A stretch of DNA of 63,570 bases, filler included, from Choristocarpus tenellus KU-1152 (taxonomy: Eukaryota > Protista > Phaeophyceae), in the NCBI GenBank assembly GCA_964200185.2. It is 11 parts of 11 records of this genome, joined end to end, with 100 filler letters (N's around TTAATTAATTAA, not from the genome) between each part and the next. Parts side by side here need not be neighbours in the genome. Positions count along the whole stretch, not along the records: positions 38,576 to 46,941 come from CAXNAD020004802.1; positions 47,042 to 52,631 come from CAXNAD020010323.1; 9 more parts are not named here. The stretch is one strand, 5' to 3'. Shown here piece by piece: positions 42,401 to 52,392 of the stretch. The notes below the pieces were generated by a model. That model made no database searches. It worked only from the letters and a program-made list of their open reading frames with translations, and was not told the DNA's origin. Within the stretch, counting starts at the first letter, position 1; every line of letters begins with the position of its first letter. A program made the translations under genes and the position numbers.

Positions 42401-44290
42401 CTCCTTGACCTCGTCCGTGAGCTACATGTACGTCAAATGTGCAATGGTGTGTCGTTAGGAGACCGATAAAGAACGTGCTTTGAGGAAGTGGAGGATTTCG
42501 GGTTAGTGTGTCTATCAGGGAAGGATTACGATGGGATGTGCGTAGCGCAATAGAACCCTATGGGCTTGGGGTTCTTTGCAAAATGATGGCCTTTACCGTT
42601 CGACAGAACACATCAAATTCCTTCATTTCTGTCTGCCCTATGTCAAGTGTGGCGTCGTCGTGTGGGGACAACATAGTTGGGAATGTTTATCTCACCTTCA
42701 ACCTGTAGGTGAGTGTGAACCCCTCACTGTTCTTAAGGGATTCGATGGCGGCGTCCGGGTTAGCATACCACAGCACAGTGAACATGTGAACTGCTCTGAA
42801 GTCGAATTTTCCTAGTCAGGTGCGCGTTGGGTGTGTGGAGGACAAGGTGACATGATTAGGACAGAAGAATGTGGGAGTGGGTCTGTTGGTTAGAGGTGTA
42901 TTTCTTAAGGTCGATAGCATTACCAATGTATGAAACGTCATTTCAAGCTCAATATTGGAAGGCAGGGGTTACTACGGTGTTGTTGGACCATTAGTGATGG
43001 GGTATTGGATGTACTATTGTGGAGATAGCTGCATCGCACGTACACTTGACCCATCGCGCTTCTTGTGCTCTCTCCATACATCGAGAAGGATCTCCTCCAG
43101 TTCTTTTTTGTCTCTGGTGTAACATAGTGAGGGGAAGAAAGGGATCGGGTTGGTTGGATCACCGACACAGAATTAATACGGGTATGGGCGACGAAAGGTA
43201 CGCGGTGCTTCACAATCGTTTCACGAATCGTTTCCTGTGGAAGGGGCCGTGAGAATCTCACCTTGTCCCACGCATATGTAGACAAGGGGGGCGAATGCGT
43301 TGCAGAATTGGACAGAGGTCTGGTCGGTGAGCCTATTCGCACCGGCTTCCATGTGTGTGTCCTCCCTAGCTTCTTTGAGGAATACCTTTATCTTTGCAGC
43401 TATCCTCCTCTTAACAGCCATCTGTAACGCGGCATTGGCACTCCGGAAGTCTATGCCACCTAAACAGTACTGGTTGCACTTGGTGACCAGTGTCGCCATG
43501 CGCGTGCGACGGTCAGAGTCCTCTTCCATTTACCGGACGTAGGGGTGGGACCTGTCGTAACTGATGTCGCGCCTGTACTCCGGTATAGCGGCAACCCAAG
43601 ACACCATCCAATGGAATATGTCTAGGATGTTTGGCACGTGCTATTGGCTGACTGCAACGCTATCTCCTATGGAGATTGATTCAGCCTTCTCCTGGCTGCA
43701 ATATATGAATATATCTTCCACGTGAAGCTCCTGTAGTGGGCGATCTGGAGGTTTGCTCCTACTTCCGAGGCCCATCGTGTTGTCACATGGACCGGGAGGT
43801 TGATGCCACAAGGGACATTGTCTTCCTTGGCGACACACTCGATTGTCCTCAAAACCATTACGCGGTGTTGTCCATTAAGGCAAAACAAGAGGTTGTCGTT
43901 GTCCTCTATCTACCTCTTGTCGCCATTATGGTCCACGTCCAAGTTGTTATTGGCGGTATAATATTCAAACAGTTCCCTGTCTGGCACACTGGAGGGCACG
44001 TTTGCCCTGCGCATGTCGACTTTGAAGTCGCTTATGGTCTTCCATCTCGAGTACAGGGGAAAAGGCTGCCCACTCAGGATACCCGCGAGCCTATCAGTGG
44101 CGACCTGTGGGTGTCCAGCCCCAGCTTCGAGAACATAGACTCCACTCTACCGTTGTCAAGAAGGTTGGCGTAGTATCTCTGTATCAAGAAGTCAGATGTG
44201 GCAAGGCCCATCGTACACGTTGCGCTGAGGTTCGGTGTTATCAAGTCTGTGGTCTTTTGCCCTGTGCCTCCGGCCGGCGGTCTGTGAAGG
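39480..44290 (-). pseudogene. Large, intron-containing decayed gene with an N-terminal ParB/Srx-like (xGQHR) motif, probably TE-borne
   Basis: Long coding-like frames are broken by single stops and frameshifts. LLFCLNGQHRVMVL lies near 43890-43850, GT-AG exon boundaries occur around 41.2-42.4 kb, and there is a 394-aa terminal ORF (39594-40778). Confidence 0.5.
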
Positions 44291-44293
44291 TAG

Positions 44294-44812
44294 GAGTGAA
44301 AGTGTCGTAGAGGGTACAAGTTTTGCCCTGTTTGTCCATTTGGGGCTTGGCTTTCCATGGGTTCTCTTACGACATTTTTCCTACTCAAAAATGTTTAGGA
44401 GTAGGTAAAGTGTGGACGTTATGAAAAGATGCGTCTGGAACATGGATATTGATACTTCCTAACAAGCACGATAGCCAAAATTACACCCAAATCGCAACAT
44501 TGACGTTTGGCCCCAAAATGTGCACGGCTCTAGCCTCTAAGATACTTTGAGTGAAAGTATCTTAGAGGGTACGAGTTTTGCCCTGTTTGTCCATTTGGGG
44601 CTTAACCGCCCACAGGTTTTTAATGCCATTTTATCTTCTCTGAAATATTTCTGAGTAGGTAAAATGTATACGTTATGAAAGGGAGTGTCCGGAACAAAGA
44701 TAGTGACATCTCCTAACAAAAATGATAACCAAAATTACATAAAATCGCAACATTGGATTTTGACCCCCAAATGGACACGGCTCTACCCTCTAAGATACTT
44801 TGGCACTTTGGA
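44294..44812 (-). mobile_element. Two Sola2-like MITE copies, the second (from 44549) inserted at or in the terminal TIR of the first
   Basis: Junction GATACTTT|GAGTGAAAGTATCTTAGAGGG; both copies match the 259-bp family. Confidence 0.85.
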
Positions 44813-45154
44813 TCTAGAGGGGAAAATGTTAGGACAACGGTATCAGCAAAGGAGAAGGATATCGACATAGGGGTGGATGCTATGGCTAGTCGAGCACATC
44901 AAGGGTGTCTTTATACGAACAGTGATGATGGACTATGTGATTAATGATGACGGGATCTGTACGGAGTGCAGGGTTCGTGTCCATGCGTGGGCTATGCAAG
45001 CGTGATATGAAAAGGGCGTAGCAATGCCGTGGACATGAGGACGGCGTAACGGTTTCCTCAAAGGCCGCTATTTCCTAAGAAATATGAAACTGTTAACCCA
45101 GTCGACATGGGATGAATATTGAATATGAGTACACACCAATACCGGACACAGACT

Positions 45155-46050
45155 GGAAGGATTTACGCGCCGACCTAGGTAACATGTAGCGAGGGCTTGC
45201 ACAGGTTTGTGCTCGACATAGAGCAGACAATAATGAATGAATTTCATGTGTTCTGTCGAACGGTAGAGGCCATCAATATCCAAAGCGCGGCAAGACTGTT
45301 GGGGTGTGTGTGTGTCGATTTGACATAGTAATCCTGAGCAAGAAAACACTACGTCGAGAGTGAAAGAATCTTAGAGGGTACAAGTTTTACCCTGTTTGTC
45401 CATTTGGGAATGGGCTTCCTATGAGTATCATTATGACATTTTCCTACTCCAAATATTTTTTAGAGTAGGTGAAATATATGCGTTATGAAAAGGTGCGACC
45501 AGAACATGGACATTGACACTTCCAAACAAACACGATATCCAAAATTATATCAAAATCGCAACATTGAATTTTGGCCCTCAAACGGACGCAGCTCTACCCT
45601 CTAAGATACATTAGCTCCGAATCTCGAAAGTGAAAGGTGAACATGAAAGGAATTTATGCGCCGACCCGGGTTAGATGTAGGGAGGGCAACCACGCACAGG
45701 TTTATGCTTTACATAAACCAGCCAGTGATGAATGAATTTAATGTGTTCTGTCGAACGGTAAAGGCCATCGATTTGCAAAGTGTGGCAAGACGGTTGGGTG
45801 TGTGTGTGTCCATTTGAAATACTAACAACCTGAGCAGGAAAACAATACGTCGAACCGCGAAAGAGAAAGATGAAGATGAAAGGAATTTAGGCGCTGACCC
45901 GGGTTGGATATCGGGAGGGCAACCATGCGCAGGTTTGTGCTTGACACAAGGCTGATAGTAATGAATGAAGTTGATGTGTTCTGTCGAACGGTAAAGGCCA
46001 TCAAATTCCAAAGCGCGGCAAGACGGTTGAGGGGGTGTGTATGCCCATTT
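45155..46050. repeat. About 240-bp tandem repeat, 3 copies, the first interrupted by a MITE; inverted partial copy at about 42585-42640
   Basis: Shared core ATGTGTTCTGTCGAACGGTAAAGGCCATC at about 45246, 45741 and 45975, with its reverse complement at about 42590. Confidence 0.85.
45358..45617 (-). mobile_element. Sola2-like MITE copy inside the 240-bp repeat
   Basis: GAGTGAAAGAATCTTAGAGGGTAC ... TACCCTCTAAGATACATTAGCTC. Confidence 0.85.
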
Positions 46051-46470
46051 CCGACACGAACCTTATCGGAAATGTTCCAATGGTATCGGAGCCCTTACAT
46101 ACGCGTATCGAAGTTGTCACCACGTCACCCTGGACAGACGGATGTTGTGGTGCGTCTGACGGATGTTGTGGTGCATGAAGTTGCATCGTGGAATCTTGCT
46201 TCTATTTCGTATCAGTTGTCTGATTACTCCAAACACATGTGACAGCAACACATGTTCCAATTTCCGAAAAAGGTTAGGTCGAATTCGCTGTTGTCACTTG
46301 CCATCATCATTTTTTGGAGATGTTAATGTGCTTTTTCCGAACACTACATTCCATAGTGTAGACATTGTACTTCTCCAAAACCTTTTGGAGTAAGTACAAT
46401 GTCCTTGAAAATCCGTAGGCAGCCAAGCCTCAAAGGACAACTAGCGAATAACTCGTGCCCTCTAACATAG

Positions 46471-46883
46471 AGCATCGAATCTGAAAATGCCGGTGTTACC
46501 ACTGCTGACAGGTGGTGTGTACACGGTCGTAAAGGTTACAAATCCAGCGTACCGAATTTGAAAATGCTGGTGTTACCAGCATTGACAGGTGGTGTGTACA
46601 CGGTTGGACGTGCAAATAATTACAGGGCATCGAATCTGAAAATGCTGGTATCACCACCATTGACAGGTGGTGTGTACACGGTTGTAACTGTTACAAATAC
46701 AGGGACTGAATTTGAAAATGCTGGTATCATCACCAGCATTGACAGGTGGTGTGCACACGCTTGGAAACGCAAATAATTACTGGGCATCGAATCTGAAAAT
46801 GCTGGTATCACCATTGACAGGTGGTGTGTACACGGTTGTGAAGGTAACAGATATAGGGTACTGAATTTGAAAATGCGGGTGTT
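46471..46883. repeat. About 78-bp tandem array (about 5.3 units) with an alternating A/B variable segment (about 156-bp dimer)
   Basis: Conserved core GAATYTGAAAATGCTGGT..CCAxCATTGACAGGTGGTGTGTACACGGTTG, followed by two alternating segments. Confidence 0.9.
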
Positions 46884-47107
46884 GACTCAAAGTATCTGGG
46901 GGGGGGGGTGGCGGCTGTCCATTTGGGGCCAATTTTTCCATNNNNNNNNNNNNNNNNNNNNNNNNNNNNNNNNNNNNNNNNNNNNTTAATTAATTAANNN
47001 NNNNNNNNNNNNNNNNNNNNNNNNNNNNNNNNNNNNNNNNNTTTGAAAAAATCCATATTAAGCCTAAAAACCCACAGTAGTATTTGAAAATGGCCCAGAA
47101 CCTTTTT

Positions 47108-47138
<31 letters not shown>

Positions 47139-47168
47139 TACTCATCTATTGTCTTTCTCTATTCCAAG

Positions 47169-47877
47169 AGAAACTCAGGCAGTGTTGGAAGGGCTCGGTG
47201 TATCAACAGACGTTTTGACTAGGGTGGTATTTCAAGGACAGCATCACATGCACGGGCTGTTGGAGAGTACAGATGCGCGATTGAAGGAGGAGCTCTCTGT
47301 CTTGGTACGTTGGTCCGTATGTGTCCCGTGTTCTATAGATCACGCCTGATGGGCAAACCTAGCCGTCCCGTAGGGTTGCCGTAACATTGGTTGAGAGTGA
47401 TGTAGGGGGTTGTGTGATATATAAATAAATATATATATGTATGTATATATATGTATAATATATTTGTACCCCTTTTTGTTTCATTTTCTTTAATTTTTTT
47501 GTCTTTTTATTGTACAAGTTTTTTTTTTTTGTGTATGCATGCATCATCTATCTCGCTATGCATATAGGTGAAAGTTGAAGATCCTGCTCCATTGATCTGT
47601 GGACTGAATTGTTTGAAAAACAAAAAATACGGTGGTCAGGTGTCTTGTTATTAAGCGTTTCCCTTACCTTGCACCTCCTCCTCCTCCCCCTGACTGTAAT
47701 ACGTTCACTCACGGTGGTGTGTGTGTTTCTTGTTGTTGGTTAAGAGTTTCTCACTTTTTGGACGCTTTGTTTATTTTTTCCGAGTAGGTCCCGATGGAAA
47801 TGTGGCAGGATATGGCATCACGCAGTCGGGAGATGGCTAGGAAGTGCGGGGAAGATAGGGCCAGGCTCGCAGCACAG
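47169..47877 (+). CDS. SbcC/Rad50/SMC-like ATPase, two internal exons (47169-47304, 47788-47877)
   Basis: The spliced sequence ETQAVLEGLGVSTDVLTRVVFQGQHHMHGLLESTDARLKEELSVLVPMEMWQDM matches the SbcC/Rad50 Q-loop segment leading into the coiled coil. The GT-AG join is phase 0. Confidence 0.65.
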
Positions 47878-47894
47878 GTATCCAAAAAGTAGCA

Positions 47895-47975
47895 TTAGGG
47901 TTAGGGTTAGAGGGTAGGAGTTAGGAGTAGAATAATTGAGGTTGGGATTGGGTTTGGGATTAGGTTTAGGGTTAA
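47895..47975 (+). repeat. Degenerate TTAGGG interstitial telomere-like tract (similar tracts near 6235-6345, 6693, 6863, 11744)
   Basis: TTAGGGTTAGGGTTAGAGGGTAGGAGTTAGG... Confidence 0.6.
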
Positions 47976-48280
47976 CAGTTAGAGGTTATCTATTGGAGTT
48001 CTGAAATTGTGTGTGTTTTAAATGTGAAGTGGAAAGGAGAGTGTGTAACTGAGTGAGCCTACCTCTCTCCTTTTTCGGTTTTCTTTTTTTGTGTATTTGA
48101 AGTGGTGGGGCAGTTTTTTTTTCCACTACTACTGTAGTTGTGCATTTTGTAATTTATTTCCTGTGGAGAGATTGTAGAGTTACCAGGATGTTTTGTGCGC
48201 GTGTATAGTATGATACAATATGATAAATGCTATCCTATGCTGCAAATGCGTTGAATGTAATCCATGGCAAATAGAAGGTA

Positions 48281-48650
48281 GTGGTGGAGCAGGAGTGTAC
48301 CAAGAGAGAAAGGATAAGCAGGGTCACCGCAGTTCTAGATGACTGTACCATCCCATTCCTGTGGTACCTGGACAACACTCTGGTCGATCCGAACATGCAA
48401 TCGTATTACCTGGCGGTGGAAGGTACGAGCAACACGGGCAAGTCAGTGTTGATGTCTGCTGTTTCGGATGCTACGGCAACGGTACAGTCGTCTGTACTCT
48501 GCTGTCGTGTATGAAGACGGTAGCCTCACACCTCAGATACTCAGAATCATATGTCAGTCTAGCTAAGATACTCAGTATAGTAGTATGCCCAGATGTAACT
48601 CACTCACCTTTATCACCGCCTATCAATCTCGAACACGAAAGTAGCAACCA
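48281..48650 (+). pseudogene. Decayed viral-type P-loop NTPase (SF3 helicase-like or packaging ATPase-like)
   Basis: Walker A YLAVEGTSNTGKSVL; after a frameshift, a Walker B-like AVVYED and a motif C-like LTFITA. No introns seen. Confidence 0.5.
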
Positions 48651-48691
48651 GTGGTGACTGGGCAATGATTGGTAGTGGTCATATCGCTACC

Positions 48692-51600
48692 ATGAAGAAC
48701 GCGATGGCATACTCTACCAACCAGCTACCTACACCTGTGCCAACCGCTTCCTGGCTGGTGAAGGAGAACACAAAGCGCTTTGCAGTCGTCTGAAGCGGTC
48801 GTACTGCTATCGTTTCCGGTATGGGAGCCGCATCGATCACTGTGATGCAGAAGATGAACCTGCTCGAAGCTGCAGTGTACTCTCGTCTGTGCTATGCTAC
48901 ACCACCAAACTCATTCAGATGTGCCATGCGAGTACTGCTGTTCAATGGAGCACCGGACGTCATGAAGTTCTTTGTTAAGGTCGGGGTCGGTACCTACCCT
49001 GATGAGGAGTACCAGGCATTCTTATCTCTGTTCTCTTTTATGGGCACTACAGTGCAGGACATGATATACAACTGCAAGGGCATTTTATTAATCGGCTATC
49101 GTTAGTCCAACCATAGACGACGGCTTCCGACAGTATGTTGGTGGGTTCATCCTGAACGATCCTCAGACACTGTCACCCGTACATTCAGTAGACCTGTCGC
49201 TGAGAACCGTGTGGAACATGATTGTGGCGAATAAGCTCATGCCCAATCGATCTGAGCCTTCGGGTGGCAGAAGAGACAACAACCGCATAGCCAGTTCCAT
49301 CGGATCTGTTGTCGGATCTTCCCAGGCATAACAGCTACTTCTGCAGCTCTCTTGCAGGCCTCGCTTAATCACTCGCGTTCGTACCGCACACATTTTCAAA
49401 AACACAGCTCCCGGACTGCAAAAATTACTGCCTATAGGCTCACCAGCAGCATCAGTTGCCTGGAAAGTCGTGTCAATGATGTCAGTTCTTGGGAAGACAT
49501 GCAACCTGTTGTTCATGTCACGGTCAGTTGCTGGAGTAAGGTTCGGAGTGACTGCCACTGACATAGCTACGGGAACGTACAGCATCTTTGCGACCAGAGA
49601 GACTGCGAAATTCAGATAATACATTAGGCTCAAGTGTGGAACTGTGTTCGGATGAGTGCAAGCTGTGAATCAGTCTACTGAAGCTACGGAAAGCTGCTGA
49701 CATCCAGTCAAACGTACAGGATGATCACTGCTGATTTGGTCACATCCATGTCCAGAAGCATAGACCACGTCCTGAAGAGGTTGGCGGCCATGCAGCAGAG
49801 GCTGACATCAACGCCGGACGTGAAAGAACTTGCGCATGAGACAGCTGCACTATGCAAGATAGTCAAGTCAGTTCTGTCGGCAACAACAACGACCAGATCT
49901 ATACCTGGTACCCTGCACCATGAGTGCCAACAGTTTTCATTTCTGCATGAAAGCTGTTGACATTGACACAGCTTTCTGGGCAACTAATGCTGCTGGTGAG
50001 CCTATGGCCAGTAATTTGGCTCTCTTGGACCTGTCTGGTGGACTGAACAGCTTACGAACAATGAATTATGCCATCGTGTCTGCCCTAATGATCGACATGA
50101 CCGGCCCAGTGAAGCATGTTTCGCCTTGTTCAAGCCAGAGCATCTAGCATAGCATTTCCAGTGGACAGCAACATCCACGAGAACGCCACTTGAACATTGA
50201 CACTGCACTGTCAGCTACGTCTGCCGGAAGGTATTGTTGTTCGTGGATAGTTGGAGGGCAACCGTGTTCCATCTCATGGTAGGATGCAGACGAGTAGAGT
50301 GGCAACACTCCAGTTGGGTACGGTTGGTCAGATAGGTAGATTGTTTCGATATCGTAGCACGTGCATGCAGCAAGGTAGTTCAGTGCAGTGTATGCCTGTG
50401 GATGATAACGAGCTAGCCTTGCATAGTGCGCAAGCATGTAGCTGTCAGAGGCAAGTTCATGAGACATGAGTGAGTTAAACGACTGTTTCCACTACTTGGT
50501 TGCAATCAGTCGTGGAGCCCAAGGTATGACTTCGTGTTCGTACTTGGTCCACACTTCCCAATCGATGAAGTTGTGTTCAGAAGTTGGTGATCCACCAGGT
50601 CTGCCATTCGGTGAATGTACTGCTCATGGGCCTACATGCCTTGGCTGTTTCAGGCAGCATGACGGAGTTGTTCTCTATCCAACCGAGCTGTGCTTGGTGT
50701 CTGATGGTTACATGGGCGGCATGGCCAGAGCTCAGCTTCAGTTCTCCAGGGGTAAGATAAATGCAGGTCTAACAACCAAGAGCGGTGACCTTTGAAAAAA
50801 AATAGCAGGAACACGTGTGAACACGTGTGGACGGGCGGGGGTGTAGAATGGTCATCTGCCCGTCCAGAAGCCTGCAGGTCGGTCAGGTCGGTCTACCTGC
50901 GTATGTGATGAGTGGAATGGCTGTTCCGTGTGCAGGTGACACTATGAATGCTCCATTGCTGGATGATGTAGTCCGCCACATCTACCGGTGTGAACTACGA
51001 TGGGGCGTCTGAAATGTGGTGTTGTCTACTGACTCGTTTGCCATGCTTATCAATTGGTGGGATACAGCCAGCGACATATCAATGATATGATTCCGATGGC
51101 AGATTGTGGTCGCATGCCCATTGCTGATGGCTGTAGTCGAGGAAATAACACTATGTACCTTTCGATGCAGTCTTGTGCACCATTCCAGGCCGACTATGGT
51201 GGGGATGAAACGATGATATGGCCGGTGACCAGCCGTACTGGCGACGAACGAGTGTAGCCAGTACAGGGTGACCAGAGAGATGTCGTTCAGTCGTTGGTTG
51301 ATACTCAGCAACAGCTCACTCACTGCCCTCCAAGTACGGGTTCTGGCCGGCCGTGTTCCGATACCGTGTTTTGTGTTTTGTGTTTTTGTTTTGTGTTTCT
51401 GTGTACCATGTCAAGTGTGATGTTCAGCAACCCTAGGGCAGTGTGACGGACTCGCTCGGTCTGGTGGAGGAGACCTGTCTCAGGTGGAGTCAAGGTATCG
51501 GGATCATTAAGTTGCTGAAGGGTCCACTGAATGACAGGGACTAACTACTACGGACAGTCTGTGTCTGTTGGCAACAGAAAGGTAACTCGCATCAACAGAA

Positions 51601-51850
51601 AGGTAACTAAGGTGTCACGCCAGCGCATCAACAGAAAGGTAAGTCGTCGTCGGTGGTTACATGAGCAAGTGTGTGCTCGAGCTGCTGCGTCCATGTATGG
51701 GGGGATGGGTCTCGAGCATGGTGTGAACGGAGGACTTGACGGGCACTTATACCGGTCAACCAGTGACCTACCAGACATCCTTCCTCCCTACCACATCTGT
51801 ACAGTGCTTTGAGATCTGTATGGCAACCCATTCATTCAAGGCTAGTTTGT
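48692..51850 (+). pseudogene. Decayed single-chain fused beta/beta-prime two-barrel DNA-directed RNA polymerase of a virus-like element
   Basis: Colinear RPB2-like motifs: IGY..PTIDDG..GGFILND; TNAAGEPMASNLAL; SNIHENA; GNRVPSHG; GTVGQI; KHVA..K; MSELNDC..RGA; C-x2-C. These run in frame into RPB1-like motifs: KSGDL*KKIAGTRVD..RMVICPSRSLQVGQVGLP; LINWWDT..ISMI; CAPFQADYGGDE; GLTTTD; GGYMSKCV; GQPV. Confidence 0.75.
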
Positions 51851-52170
51851 TGCCTGTGGCGGGTGTCTCCTTTCGTCTTCTATGTTACTTCGAGTGGAGA
51901 GGAGGGACAAAAATGCGCTGTTTTTTGCTAGTGTTGTTGTGGTCAGTGTTAACATGATATTGAAGTTGAAGTTGAGTTTGGAGGAAGGGCTTGAGATTGT
52001 GGAGGGGCTGAGAGAAGGGTATGAGATGGGCTTGTTTGTTTGTATTTTTTTTAATTTTAATTTTTCTCCCCTTTTTGGAACTTCTCATTATCGTTTTTCA
52101 TCGATACAAAAACAAATGAAAAAACAAATTAACACAGAAGATTCTTCATCCTCAGCGAAATTTGTGGCAC

Positions 52171-52392
52171 TAAATGTGCACTACTATTTCTGTGTATATA
52201 TATTGATAGAGTGAAATAGTATGTCTCTTATTTACAATAAAAAAATCTAAATGTGCACTACTATTGTATATATATACTGATAGAGTGAGGTAGTATGTCT
52301 CTTATTTACAATTTAAAATCTAAGTGTGCTACTATTTCTGTGTATATATATACTGATAGAGTGAGTTAGTATGTCTCTTATTTACAATTAAA
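52171..52392. repeat. About 75-bp AT-rich tandem repeat, 3 copies
   Basis: TAAATGTGCACTACTATT..TATATA..TGATAGAGTGA..TAGTATGTCTCTTATTTACAAT repeated three times. Confidence 0.9.

Noticed and set aside
46471-46883. CRISPR array
   Set aside because: The spacers alternate between two related sequences, the repeat is too long and variable, there are no cas genes, and the context is eukaryotic.
48692-51850. Plastid or bacterial rpoB/rpoC insertion (NUPT) or processed host RPB1/RPB2 pseudogene
   Set aside because: It is far too divergent and short, the beta- and beta-prime-like parts are fused in one frame, and the clamp region is absent. This rejection is provisional until a phylogeny is run.
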